From the NCBI GenBank assembly GCA_963783575.1, contig CAWAOD010000015.1:160001-224000 (forward strand): 64,000 nucleotides of DNA. The letters are read 5' to 3'. A program made the translations under genes and the position numbers. The DNA comes from an uncultured Spirochaetota bacterium. GTDB lineage: Bacteria; Spirochaetota; Brevinematia; Brevinematales; JAOACQ01. This document shows, in pieces, positions 21,758 through 32,906 of the stretch. How positions within the stretch are numbered: the stretch's first letter is position 1; each line of letters starts with the position of its first letter. The notes under the pieces are model-generated. The model made no database searches. It saw only the letters and a program-made list of their open reading frames with translations, and had not been told where the DNA came from.

Positions 21758-23575
21758 TTAAAACCGCAATATGCTTCTTTTTTCTCCCAGAAATTCAACT
21801 TTGCTCGCCGGCAGACTGATAATGTAGTTTTCCCAATCAGTGATTAAAGAATTGAAATCCTTCCCAAAGGCGAAATTGAATTCACCGGAGAATTGACTTG
21901 AATCGTTGTTGTTAGTAAAAGCCTGTATAAAATCGACAATTTTTGCCCTTCCGTAACACAAATAAATGTAGTTCATGAAAGAAAAAGATTGATCATAAGC
22001 GACATCAGCCTCTGAGGCGGTAAGAACACCGAATGAATTCGTAGCTATGTATACCCAGTCAAGAAGCGAATTATTGGCAATATAGTTTTTCACATTATTA
22101 TTAGCATTCGTAACCTGGACGCAATTACTGATGAAATTGGCGCCGGCTATCTGCGCTATGCCTTCATTAATCCAGGACGGAAAACATCCTCCGCAGAGAA
22201 TATTTAAAATTTCGTTATGCATAAACTCATGCTGTAAATCGTAAACAAACTCTGTCATTGACCAATTGGTAAAATACGGCGAGATGGCAATCAAATTGTC
22301 ACCAGTTGCAAATCCTCCAGGCATCCATAAATTTGTTCCAAAAAATTGCATAAACTCGTTGGAAGTGGAGAAAAATACAATTATGGGTTTATTTAACCGG
22401 CTATAGTCATTCAGGAAACCATGATCCGCTATATATACTGTGCTATCAATATCAGCAGTATAAGTGCTAACAAAAGAAGCATACTCCGGCCTGTAATTAA
22501 TCTGAAAATACGTGCTCTGGAAGGATTCGGAAGAGTACGGCCAGCCGGAAGTTAAACAGGTATTGGTTATCCGGTTAAGGCTATCGTAACAATTTACAAC
22601 CGTACAGCCCCGTGTGGTATTGACATGGCTTCCGTCAGGCAAGTAATCACAAATGTCGCCATTGGAAAGAATGTAAATCTTATGCCCTCCCCCTTCAACC
22701 TCCTTATAACCGTTTTCAAATATTGCATTAGTCATTCCCGATGACTGCGCAATCCAAAGCTCTTTCCATGTATTCAGTATACATACATTCATTCCGTTGG
22801 AAAAGATCAAATTTTTATTGGAATTAACATTCCAGTAGCTGATGCCCCATGAATCAAACCCGGCTCTATAATCAGTGATTCCGAATGTCTCAAAAGTAAT
22901 ACCTTCCGGATAGATTAGTTTATAATAATCCGAGCCGTCGCTATTTGTCCAGCGGCAATAGTAAAAACCCGAGAAGGCATGGTAATCGATCAGGCCGCTG
23001 CTATATGCTGTCAGATAATAAGAAGACTGCCAGTTGCTGATATAGGTGTAATTGCGGGAAGCCGGTTCCCAGTAATAAGCGGAAGCCGTATTCATAGACC
23101 GTCCGCCGTCGGTATAGAGGCATTTCTGCCCACCGGAAGCATTTGTATAATAATTATAATTAGTAGCGGTATATGAAAGATACCATGTGTATGCGGCATC
23201 TGCCTGGTCAAAAGATTCCCATACGGGTTTCCGGTTTGTAATATCCGTCATTAAAGGAGGAATAACGGCCTGCCGCAGTGTCTCATAATTTGTAAAGAAA
23301 TAATTGTAAACGTTCCGGTCTTGTTCACAGTTCCAGTAATTAAAATTGGTGCAGTTATAGCCCGACATTGTCTGTATGACAGACAGGACAGCCGGAGGAA
23401 CGGAAAATGCCGAAGAGGAAGAACCGGAACCGGCCGACGATAAACCTGACGAAGTAGAACTGGAATGGGTTGTTGATGAAGATTCGGTCTCATTCGGTCC
23501 GGGAGTGGTCATATAACAGGAATTTTCAAGAATAATGCAGACAGTTAATAGAAATAATAAAATAATTTCTTTCAT
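21758..23575 (-). CDS. Lipoprotein with C-terminal gluzincin (MA clan) metallopeptidase domain
   Basis: ENSC lipobox, Ser-rich linker, QHEFMH...WINEGIA, YDQSFSF. Confidence 0.8.
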   Translation of the reverse strand: MKEIILLFLLTVCIILENSCYMTTPGPNETESSSTTHSSSTSSGLSSAGSGSSSSAFSVPPAVLSVIQTMSGYNCTNFNYWNCEQDRNVYNYFFTNYETLRQAVIPPLMTDITNRKPVWESFDQADAAYTWYLSYTATNYNYYTNASGGQKCLYTDGGRSMNTASAYYWEPASRNYTYISNWQSSYYLTAYSSGLIDYHAFSGFYYCRWTNSDGSDYYKLIYPEGITFETFGITDYRAGFDSWGISYWNVNSNKNLIFSNGMNVCILNTWKELWIAQSSGMTNAIFENGYKEVEGGGHKIYILSNGDICDYLPDGSHVNTTRGCTVVNCYDSLNRITNTCLTSGWPYSSESFQSTYFQINYRPEYASFVSTYTADIDSTVYIADHGFLNDYSRLNKPIIVFFSTSNEFMQFFGTNLWMPGGFATGDNLIAISPYFTNWSMTEFVYDLQHEFMHNEILNILCGGCFPSWINEGIAQIAGANFISNCVQVTNANNNVKNYIANNSLLDWVYIATNSFGVLTASEADVAYDQSFSFMNYIYLCYGRAKIVDFIQAFTNNNDSSQFSGEFNFAFGKDFNSLITDWENYIISLPASKVEFLGEKRSILRF

Positions 23576-23860
23576 ATTACCCTGCTTAATTCTTAATGTA
23601 GAAACAGTTAATAACCTTCAATATTTTTATTCTAACTATCCCATTATGAATTGTCAAGAGAAATTCTAACTGATTTATCGGTTAAACCACCGGATTTCAA
23701 CCCTTCAAAATTTATTTATGATTTAGATGTGCTTTTTAAAACTGAATGATCGAGTGGGCTTGCCGTTCCAGGAGAATTCGAGGCAGCCTGTTACGAGTGC
23801 GCCTGTGATATTTTCCTGGAACTGATTAGGGAATTTAACATACAATTTATTTGATAGAAA

Positions 23861-23944
23861 ATTTTATAATTTCCAGCCTTGGTAAGTATATTCAAATTCA
23901 AAATTATTGTCAAAATAAATCGAATTTTTCACCGCCAAAGTTTT
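23861..23944 (-). promoter_or_regulatory. Duplicated ~84-bp promoter block, copy A
   Basis: Minus strand TTGACA(23913-23908)-17 bp-TATACT; highly similar to 27698-27779. Confidence 0.7.
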
Positions 23945-24001
23945 GCACACTCTTCATTGTAATAACATGCCACAAAATGTAAAGGTAATATACTTTAGGG
24001 G

Positions 24002-25566
24002 CTATTTTAACGTTGGTAGTACATAATTCCTGAAGAACGGTTTTATCCCCATTTTTGAAGTTCCGCTTCCGCATACCGGCCAGATGATTTGTCCGTATAA
24101 TTGATATACGTTATTATTATCATAATATCCTATGCATAAATTAACGTCACTGATTCCGGGATTTACTGTCACGGAGCCTGAGTAAAGGCCTTCATTATTA
24201 TTCGAAAACCAATTAACATATGTATTTGAGATATTATTACCCTGGCTGACACAAACACCATAGGCCGCTGTCATGCCGGGACGAGTACTGAAAAGCTGTA
24301 GCTACTTCCAACTTGAAGCTGACTCACTGTAGGATAGGCCTGAAGCTGGATAGTGTTGGTTCCGTCATACCAAACTGAAGGCACGCAGTCCTGTTTCAGA
24401 TAACTTAACATGTCTGACTTGTTACCGCCCATCTGGACGAACCATAGCGCATACCAGCTGAAGCTCTCGGGCAAAGGCAGGTAAGGACACATTCCCAGGA
24501 TCTGATCAGGCGTATAACCAACCAATACCAATAATGTCGGTAAGTCGCCATTAAACTGCGGAGCGCTTGCCCAGCTGACAAGTGTCATGTTTGACGGCAT
24601 AAGCAGCCAGTTTGTATCAAGGGGGAAATGATTGAATACAAACAGGCGGGGATCCATATCAAAAAATGCTGACCAGCAATTGGTTAAAATAGTTGTATAG
24701 GCCCCATGAAAATTCACTTCTGCCCAAGTAGTTTCCATGAAATGCCATGAACCATCAATCAGTACGGCATTCCAGGCATGTGAGCCTATGGCCAGGCCGC
24801 CGATATTCGTGGTGCAATATATACTGTTAGAGTAGCTTCCATATTGATCGGAACCTGCTATAACTTGAGCTTTCAGGCCCAACCCCGCAATAATATTCGA
24901 ATAAAGCGCAGAGTGACCGCCGCAATCTCCTAAACGGTTCTCGAATACAAGATTTGGATCATGGTCTGCTTCTGATATCGTACCGTTTGAAAATGCGGCC
25001 CAATCGTAGGTTATATTGTACACAATCCAGTCGTATGCCCCGCGCGCACGGTCCCAATCATTATAGGATATGGACTGGATATAGTTAATTAAGCCCTGGA
25101 TACTGCCCGGTGAAGCCATATTTCTTATAGCAGAATCAATTCCGGGAAAATCGTTTGTATTTTCAGTGTTAACAGTCGTATAGACCGGAACCCAGTCCGC
25201 AAAAAGAGTAATATCAGACGATCCCATCGAAAATGTTGTTCCTGCGCAATAAACTGTCCCGGAAGCATTGGTCCAGCCAGCAAAGTTGTAGCCACTTATC
25301 GACATACCTCCTGTGTTTCCGAGAATTGTAACCTGTTGCCCATTTAAATATTTATTAGCGTCGATTGGAACGTTGCCCGCGGTTGCTCCATCAGCGTTGT
25401 ATGTTACCATAAAGGTATTTGTATTAGTGCTATTATTAGAACTAAAAGAAGATAATGATGAACTAGAACTCGATGATGTAGGGCTTGTTAGCGCAGAACA
25501 AGCAGCGATAAAAACTCCCAGAGTGATAATTATACTGGAAAATAACGTAATATTTTTCAAATTCAT
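24002..25566 (-). CDS. Lipoprotein with InlB B-repeat-like and transglutaminase-like domains; frameshift near 24277
   Basis: IAAC lipobox, FAGWT..LFADW, RARGAYDWI, GDCGG / HAWN / METTW; ORF 24002-24274 aligns with the C-terminus of paralog 25864-27693. Confidence 0.8.
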
Positions 25567-25863
25567 AATAGGCTCCGTGTTTTATCCTTTATAAACATTA
25601 TGAATAATTATACTGAACTTTATATAATACCTCAATAAAAGGGAAATACGATAAATTCCATGAAACTCGAAAATATTCTATTTTCGATACTATATTTAAT
25701 ATATAAACAATACTATTAGTGGAGAATTATCATACCAGACCGTTTAAGAGTACCTTAGAGGTCATGAGCGGAAAAAATTATTACCCCTCGAAAACCAATA
25801 CATCCACCAGGAATGAACGAGAATCCGGGGGACGTTAAATCCTACCATTTTAACAAATAAAAC

Positions 25864-27693
25864 TTATTTTTTCTGTTTTGAAACAGTGAACTTCGGAAGT
25901 GATTTGAGCATCGGCAGAATATAATTCTTGGTAACCGGCTTGAACCAGAATTTTGATGCTCCAGCTCCGCTGCCACTGACCGTCCATTGCATTATTGGCA
26001 TTGCCCCGGTTCCATTCGTGAGGCATATGAATAAACCCACATTGCTGATCCCGGAATTTATCGTCACTGCACCCGAGTAAAGTACTCCATCGTTTGTCAG
26101 GCTTATCCAGTTGCCATCTTCGATTATCCAGGCGCCGCTTTCAGTTGAAAGGTCAATAACAAAGTCGTAAGTCTTGCCTGGTATCAACTCTCCATCGGAA
26201 GGATATTGCAAAAGCCGGATAGTGTAACCTGGGGGATAATATGCCATAGGCACTTGAGCCTGAATTAACCAGGTGATCATGTCAAGTTTATTCCCTCCCA
26301 TCTCAGCGAATTCGCTGGCATACCAGCTGTAACCATCAGGCAGCGGAAGGTGCTGTGACATTTCAAGGATCTCATCGGCGGTATAACCGGCTGATAATAA
26401 TTCACCAACGTCGCCGTTAAATACCGGTGCATTTAAATAATCGTTAAGAGTCATACCGTTATAAAATAACAGCATATTTGTGTCAGCAGGATAATGGTTA
26501 AATGCGAAAAGTCTAGGGTCCAAGTCGAACAGAGAAGGCACGAAATAAGGACAGAAAACATTGCTAGAACTTACTCCTCCCGCTCCCCAGCAGCTATCCA
26601 GGAGGTGCCCTGCGCCGTCAATAAGTACGGCATTCCATACATGGGTGACATTCGGCGACTGCCCGCCATGCCCTCCTATAACCGTGGCCTGCAGACCAAG
26701 ATCTTCGGCCATTGCCATAAACAGCTCGGAATAACCCTCGCAAACTGCCTTCCTGTTGCTGAACACACCCTGAGGATCAACCTCTGTCGCCGCACCGTTA
26801 TTATATGCCACATCATAGGCTATATTGTAAGCAATCCAGTCATAAGCACCTCTTGCGCGGTCCCAGTCGTCCTGTGATACAGACTGGATATAGTTGACTA
26901 CATCCTGAATGCTGTCCTCGTAAGCCGCGGGAATGTTGCTTATTGCAATATCAAGGGCGGAAAAATTTCTAGATGTGCCTTCATTAGTTATAGTACCGCT
27001 ATTACACCAAGATGAGTAAGTGATTATTTCATTTGAAAAAATACTCCATCCGGCGGCCGATCGGTAGACTGCAGAACAACTGGAAGGAACGAAGAACAGT
27101 GTCCCCGGAACATTAGGCCCCCCATACCATCCGTCACAATCGTTAAAAGCCTCGGATCCTAGAGCAGGGGGAGTAATCGCCTGTAATGTAACGCTGTTAA
27201 GACAACAATACGTAAATGCGAAATTGCCGATACTCATAATGCTGGCTGGAATTGTAACAGTCGGAATGCTGCAGGCCCAGAATGCATATCGGCCAATGCT
27301 TGTAACACTGGAGGGAATGGTTACACCTGTAATGCCAGGCAAGCCACAGAATGCATCATAACCGATAGAAGTAACAGGAAGCCCATTATAAGTTGAGGGT
27401 ATAATAATATTCCCGTTTGTCGCTGTCCCCGCCGTTACGATGTAACCTCCGTTAGTGAGGGTGAAAGCAAGACCCGGTGTTCCGTTATAGGAATTATTTG
27501 TACTTGAACTGGAAAAGCTGCCGGTTGAGTCTGAACTGCTGCCGCCTGATGCTGAAGGTGTAACCGCGCAGCCTTGCAAAAAAATTAATAAAATTATTCC
27601 TGAAAGAATCACAGAGATGAAAAGGATGTTTAATCTGAAACTTACAAAACACCCCCACAATAATTTTATTGTTAATATAATACTAAATGACAT
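25864..27693 (-). CDS. Lipoprotein with BspA-like LRR (LRR_5) and transglutaminase-like domain
   Basis: LQGC lipobox, IPSSVTSIGRYAF repeats, AVCEGYS / HVWN / LDSCW triad. Confidence 0.85.
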   Translation of the reverse strand: MSFSIILTIKLLWGCFVSFRLNILFISVILSGIILLIFLQGCAVTPSASGGSSSDSTGSFSSSSTNNSYNGTPGLAFTLTNGGYIVTAGTATNGNIIIPSTYNGLPVTSIGYDAFCGLPGITGVTIPSSVTSIGRYAFWACSIPTVTIPASIMSIGNFAFTYCCLNSVTLQAITPPALGSEAFNDCDGWYGGPNVPGTLFFVPSSCSAVYRSAAGWSIFSNEIITYSSWCNSGTITNEGTSRNFSALDIAISNIPAAYEDSIQDVVNYIQSVSQDDWDRARGAYDWIAYNIAYDVAYNNGAATEVDPQGVFSNRKAVCEGYSELFMAMAEDLGLQATVIGGHGGQSPNVTHVWNAVLIDGAGHLLDSCWGAGGVSSSNVFCPYFVPSLFDLDPRLFAFNHYPADTNMLLFYNGMTLNDYLNAPVFNGDVGELLSAGYTADEILEMSQHLPLPDGYSWYASEFAEMGGNKLDMITWLIQAQVPMAYYPPGYTIRLLQYPSDGELIPGKTYDFVIDLSTESGAWIIEDGNWISLTNDGVLYSGAVTINSGISNVGLFICLTNGTGAMPIMQWTVSGSGAGASKFWFKPVTKNYILPMLKSLPKFTVSKQKK

Positions 27694-27697
27694 GATA

Positions 27698-27779
27698 TTT
27701 TATAATTTCCACTCTTGGTAATTATATTTAAATTAAAAATTATTGTCAAAATAAGTCGAATTTTCACTGACAAAGTTTT
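27698..27779 (-). promoter_or_regulatory. Duplicated ~84-bp promoter block, copy B
   Basis: Minus strand TTGACA(27749-27744)-17 bp-TATAAT(27726-27721). Confidence 0.75.
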
Positions 27780-27929
27780 ACTGGATTACAATGCCTGAAT
27801 AACAGGCAGCTTCACACCGAGAAAGGCGGCTTACACCATAAAGATTCCCTGTAATGGAAGCCTGAAAAATTTTCCCGAAAATATTTTCTTAAAGTTCACT
27901 ATCAGGATTGGGCTTAAAAGACAGACTCC

Positions 27930-29576
27930 TTATTTATTCAGTTCCTTTTCATCGGATAATACACAGTTTAAAGCCCTGTCCCATAGGACTATCCTGTATT
28001 TGAGAATGTTTACGGGGAATAATCCCAAATTTGCGGTTATTTCACCGGTAGTTCCGGGATTGGAATTTCTGCAAGCTATAATCTGTCCGTTTATCAATAA
28101 ATCCGCCCTCACGGGTTTAATTGTTGAGGCAGTATCACTTTCAAGCGAATATTTGAAAGAGAATAAATTATCCTTAATTTTGAAAGGTTCTGAAATTATT
28201 AAACTGATTTTTCCGTTAAAAGGATTGAAGAGTCCTTTCATACTGATAGCCCTTGCATCTCCCCAGCCATCCTGGAAAGGATGTTTTCCAATCCGGGCAT
28301 ATGTATTGTATAAAAATTTTTTTGTTCCATAAAGTTTGTCAGCCTTTCGATCAAAATAAAACCAGGGTTGCTGTTTCCAAGTCCGGAACGATTGCCGGTC
28401 TCCAGAAGCCCTATTGAATCGGGATCATATCCTGCCAGCAAAGCCTCAGCCGTATCGATAGAAACCGGGTCTCTAGATGAAAGAATGGCATGCGTCATAA
28501 TATAGTCAACAGGCTGCGCATAATCAAGGCTGGTTATGCCCCCGGTCGGGTTTGTCGGCCCCCTCCTGTTCCCGGTTAAACAATCCATAAGGATAAAATC
28601 ATATTCACGGACTTTGTGCTGTGCACAGAGATAATCCAGAAGATTCTGTTTTTTATGCATTCCGGTCATATCCCAGTAAAGGCCGCTATGCCCCCAGCGT
28701 CCGGTATCACCTTCCGAAGCCTGAAAAGGCCTGAAACCGTAATGCAGCTTCAGCGCTCCCGTTATACCGGTAATCCCATGGCTTTTAAAAACAGGCAAGC
28801 CGATCAGTATATCGCAGTATTCGTTTGTATCCGACCCGGATTTTACGGCCTGTTCCTTTGTACGCATAAATTTCGGCATCCAGACATTAATATAATTATT
28901 CTCGTTGTCTTTAACCTGGACAAGATAACGATCCTTAAAGTATACAGAATCAAGGTTCACTAATTGAGCTTTTGACGGACCGTCCAGATAGCCGTTGCCG
29001 TTTTCGTCATAGTCAACATTAACGCCATGATCCTCTTTCCAGGCGCGACCAATAAAAACTCTGCAGGTTATCTCTTGCCGAAGGGTTTTTATCCATGGAA
29101 TAGCAGGCATCCGCAACCTTCAAGCCGGCTGTTCCTTCAAAACCAATTATATCCCTGATTTTTTCAGCCATATACCGGGCAATCCTGGGGTCAGTTATCA
29201 CACCCCGGCCTTTATCACCGTTTTTTCCGACATACGGCCCGACATTGTTCACCTTTATAACTACTTTATCACCCTTTTTTATGATAACCGAAAGGCCGTC
29301 CGGGCCGAGAACCTGCGAGACGGCATCATCGATTATTTTTTTCAGTTCTTCATCATCCGGTTCCGCCCGCCTGGATACAAAACCCACCCTGGAAAGGGCT
29401 GAGGGTTTGTCATACTCCGATTGCACTTTTATTGAGCCGGCTTCCAGTATGAATGCCGCTTTGTCCGATCTTTGAACTGATTTATTGCCGCAAGCCATCG
29501 TAATTATCCAGATAACTGTCATTACCGCCAATAAAATTATAAGCCTCCATCTGATTTTAAAAGATGTTTTTATCAT
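27930..29576 (-). CDS. DUF362-family lipoprotein with C-terminal Ig-like domain; frameshifts near 29030 and 28320
   Basis: MAC lipobox; GDKVVIKVN, ITDPR, LPVFKSHGITGITGALK, SRDPVSID; three consecutive ORFs join by 1-bp shifts. Confidence 0.7.
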
Positions 29577-29594
29577 AATCTTACTCCCTTTTAA

Positions 29595-30631
29595 TTATTT
29601 CGGCGAAGCTTCGCCACAGAAGTATTTATACTCCGACCATCCGGAATTCGATACCCTGACCGTCTTTTTTGAATTGATGTCATAGCAGTAAAATTGAAAA
29701 ATACCGCTCCTGTTTGAGAAAAAAACAATACCTTTCTCATCCTTTGTAAACGCCGGGTAAAGTTCGCAGATCGAACCCGAAGGCTTTGAAATTACAACGG
29801 CATTGGATACTACCAAAGTCTTGATATCTATTTCTGCAGTAACAAGCGGATGCCCCGTATAGGAAAAATTTCCCATGACGTATCATATTCATAAGTTATA
29901 CGGGTTTCACTCGGGGATAAGTTCAGACGGGAAGGAAGCGCGTCAAGCAGGTAATAAAAATTCATCGGTTCATATTTTCCTATTTGACCGGGGCTTGCTG
30001 TTAAAAGATACATAAATGGTGGATGATAAAAACCTTTACTGTCCGGTCCGCTATTCTCAGTCCCTCCCCTTCCGCTTGTTGTTATTATTCTTCCGTCCCT
30101 GGTGCAGGTGCATCCGAACTCGCTGTATTCCGGGTCGCTTATCAAAAGTTCATCGCCAGGTTTGGAGTTAGGCGTTGTACGATAGATATGACAGCGCTGC
30201 AATTTGTTATCATAGCGGTTGATAATAATATAATTGGATTCCTCCCTCGACCAGGTAGGGTTATAATCGGTAAATTTGCCGCTTGTCAGCTGGCAGAAGT
30301 CCGTCCCATCGGGCCGGACAATACAGATGGCGGTTTTCCAGCGGCTTATATCAGGCCCGTTGTTTCCCGTTATCCTGAAAAAAACAATCCACTTCCCGTC
30401 CGCCGACCATGATGGTTTGTAATCGGGATGCCCACTTGTAATGGGCTTTCCTTCAGGCTTTCCAAGGACATTTACGTAAATTTCGTCATTCATTGAATAA
30501 GTCCCGGTTAAATCCGGCAAACCGGGGTTTGACACAGCGTTATCAGGGACAATTGCGGCATTTCTGCCGGCGCATCCTGTAAGCAGGATAGTTCCTAAAA
30601 TAACTATCAATCTTAAATAAAATAATTTCAT
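29595..30631 (-). CDS. TolB-like (PD40 repeat) beta-propeller lipoprotein; frameshift near 29875
   Basis: LTGC lipobox; DYKPSWSADGKWIVF, DYNPTWS; paralog of 30651-31676. Confidence 0.8.
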
Positions 30632-30650
30632 AAATCCTCCTCTTTCCTGT

Positions 30651-31676
30651 TTACTTGGGCGTTGCTTCACCGCAGAAATACCGGTAATCGGCGTATTTAT
30701 TAAAAGAAATTCTTGCCGTCTTTTTTGTTTTAAATTCAAAACAATAGAACTGATGCCTTCCTTCCCGGTTTGAGAAATAAACGATTGCATTTTCATCGCA
30801 GGTAAATGCGGGGTAGAGTTCCTCAACATCTGCTCTGGAACGAGAGAAAACCAGTGCATTTGATATTATAAGTTTTTTTATATCAATTTCCGCGGTTACA
30901 AGAGGATGCCCCTCGTATGAGAAATTTCCCCAGGATTGATCGTATTCATAGGCTATCCGTGTTTCTCCCGGTGATAAAGTCAAACGTGAAGGTAACGCAT
31001 CCAGTTTGTATTGAAAGTTCAACCGCTCGTATTTCCCAATTTTTCCAGGTTCAGTGGTCAGAATATATATGAAGGGCGGGTGATAATACCCGTCATTATC
31101 CGGGCTGAAAGAAAACATATAGCTGTAATTGTTCCCGCCTCCTCTTCCGCTGGATACAATCATACGCCCGTCTTTCAGGCAGGAAAAACCAAATTCACTG
31201 TATTCCGGGTCGCTTAGAAGAACCTCATCCCCCGGGTGGGAATCTATTGCTGTCCTGTATATAAAATTTCTGTTCTTTTCGGGATCAAAACGGTTTATAA
31301 TGATGAAGTTTGATCCTTCCCGCGACCATGTCGGATTGAAATCGGCAAACTTACCGCTTGTTAAGGTACGTAAATCGGAACCGTCAGGCTTTATTACACA
31401 AATGGCTGTTTTCCATTTCTTTATTTCCATACCGTTGTTAGCTGCAATACGGAAAAATACAATCCATTTTCCGTCCTGCGACCATGACGGTTTATGATCG
31501 GGGAAACCGCTCGTTACCGGTTTTCCTTCCGGATTACCGAGGCTGTTGACATAAATTTCATAATTAACGGTATATGCCCCCCGTAAATTTACATTATTAG
31601 CGGCGGTTGAATTTTCATCAGCGAAAATCATGCGGAAAATAATTAATGAAAATATAAAGAAAAGTATAGGCTTCAT
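30651..31676 (-). CDS. TolB-like (PD40 repeat) secreted beta-propeller
   Basis: Signal peptide; KPSWSQDGKWIVF, DFNPTWS, LSPGETRIAY, IVYFSNREG. Confidence 0.82.
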   Translation of the reverse strand: MKPILFFIFSLIIFRMIFADENSTAANNVNLRGAYTVNYEIYVNSLGNPEGKPVTSGFPDHKPSWSQDGKWIVFFRIAANNGMEIKKWKTAICVIKPDGSDLRTLTSGKFADFNPTWSREGSNFIIINRFDPEKNRNFIYRTAIDSHPGDEVLLSDPEYSEFGFSCLKDGRMIVSSGRGGGNNYSYMFSFSPDNDGYYHPPFIYILTTEPGKIGKYERLNFQYKLDALPSRLTLSPGETRIAYEYDQSWGNFSYEGHPLVTAEIDIKKLIISNALVFSRSRADVEELYPAFTCDENAIVYFSNREGRHQFYCFEFKTKKTARISFNKYADYRYFCGEATPK

Positions 31677-31840
31677 AATTTCCTCCCAAATTTTTTAATA
31701 ATTAATATTATAATTCAAGAATATAGTTATTCAATAGGAATTTTGGACTAGTATCTGTTAATTTTTGAATAGGAAATATGGCTCATTAATTTAAATACTT
31801 TTAATTTATTTTGATTAATTCAAATTCCTCATTATAATAA

Positions 31841-32821
31841 ATGAAATTTAAGTTCAGGCTTTGCAGAATGAGATATTTATTATTCATTTTTTATCTTCTT
31901 TCCTATACAACTGGATTTGCGGCTTTGACCCTGACGATTCTTTTGTTTTTAAAGTTCAGGATTCAGGCGGTGCTTTATTATGTCATCTGGCTTGTCGCGT
32001 TCACGGGCATTCTTATTTTCGGTAATGTTGAGTATTACCGGATTACCATTCTCTTCCTAGACGATACTTATAACAGCTTCTGGACAATATTAGCACACCA
32101 CTTACTTTACTGTATAATGTTTTTAACTATTCCGCTTTTCATATTCAGGTTTCTGAATATTACTTTTACTCTTTTTCATAAAATCGTTTTCGGTGTATTG
32201 TTTATCTATTTAATTTTAATCATATTCATCCCCTATTATTATACGGGAATAAAGGCAGAGGAGGCAGTGGCCTTTGGTTTTAAAACCCAGGTCTGGTTTA
32301 CTCATGGCATAATGCTTTATCTATTTATTATTTTTCTTATTAATTATAAAAATATAAAAATCAAGCAGAAAAAAATTTTTATGTTTACGCTTATGGCTTT
32401 GTATATTATTTTTGCACCGGCCTGGATTATGGATTACTTCTGGAATTTCAATTTCCAGAATTTTTTAAGGCCCCTTTCATCATACAACCTTTTTTATTTT
32501 ATCTGGAATCTCTTAACAATTATATTTTTGTCAAAATATCTCTTTTTCAGCGAGAAGCAATTTTCCGAAGAAACAGTTTCTGTTGATTTTACAAGCAAGT
32601 TTGGGATTACACCAAGGGAAAAGGAGATTATCAATATGATCGCCAGGGGCTATACAAATAAAATGATGGCTTCGGCTTTGGGCATCGCTGTACTTACAGT
32701 TAAAAATCATGTCTATAACATTTATCAAAAAACAAAAGCAAAAAGCAAGATTGATTTGATAAACCGGATAAATCAAAGAAAACAAACTGCCGAATCCAGG
32801 ATTGTATCGATATTGTCCTGA
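31841..32821 (+). CDS. Membrane-bound LuxR-family transcriptional regulator
   Basis: About 7 TM helices, then ITPREKEII..GYTNK..TVKNHVYNIYQK HTH. Confidence 0.88.
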   Translation: MKFKFRLCRMRYLLFIFYLLSYTTGFAALTLTILLFLKFRIQAVLYYVIWLVAFTGILIFGNVEYYRITILFLDDTYNSFWTILAHHLLYCIMFLTIPLFIFRFLNITFTLFHKIVFGVLFIYLILIIFIPYYYTGIKAEEAVAFGFKTQVWFTHGIMLYLFIIFLINYKNIKIKQKKIFMFTLMALYIIFAPAWIMDYFWNFNFQNFLRPLSSYNLFYFIWNLLTIIFLSKYLFFSEKQFSEETVSVDFTSKFGITPREKEIINMIARGYTNKMMASALGIAVLTVKNHVYNIYQKTKAKSKIDLINRINQRKQTAESRIVSILS

Positions 32822-32906
32822 TTTGCTTGTATCATGAAAGTCACTAGTTAACGCTTGATTTTTCATTTATTTTATGACATACTATTTTCAATATAAGGGA
32901 TGGCAT

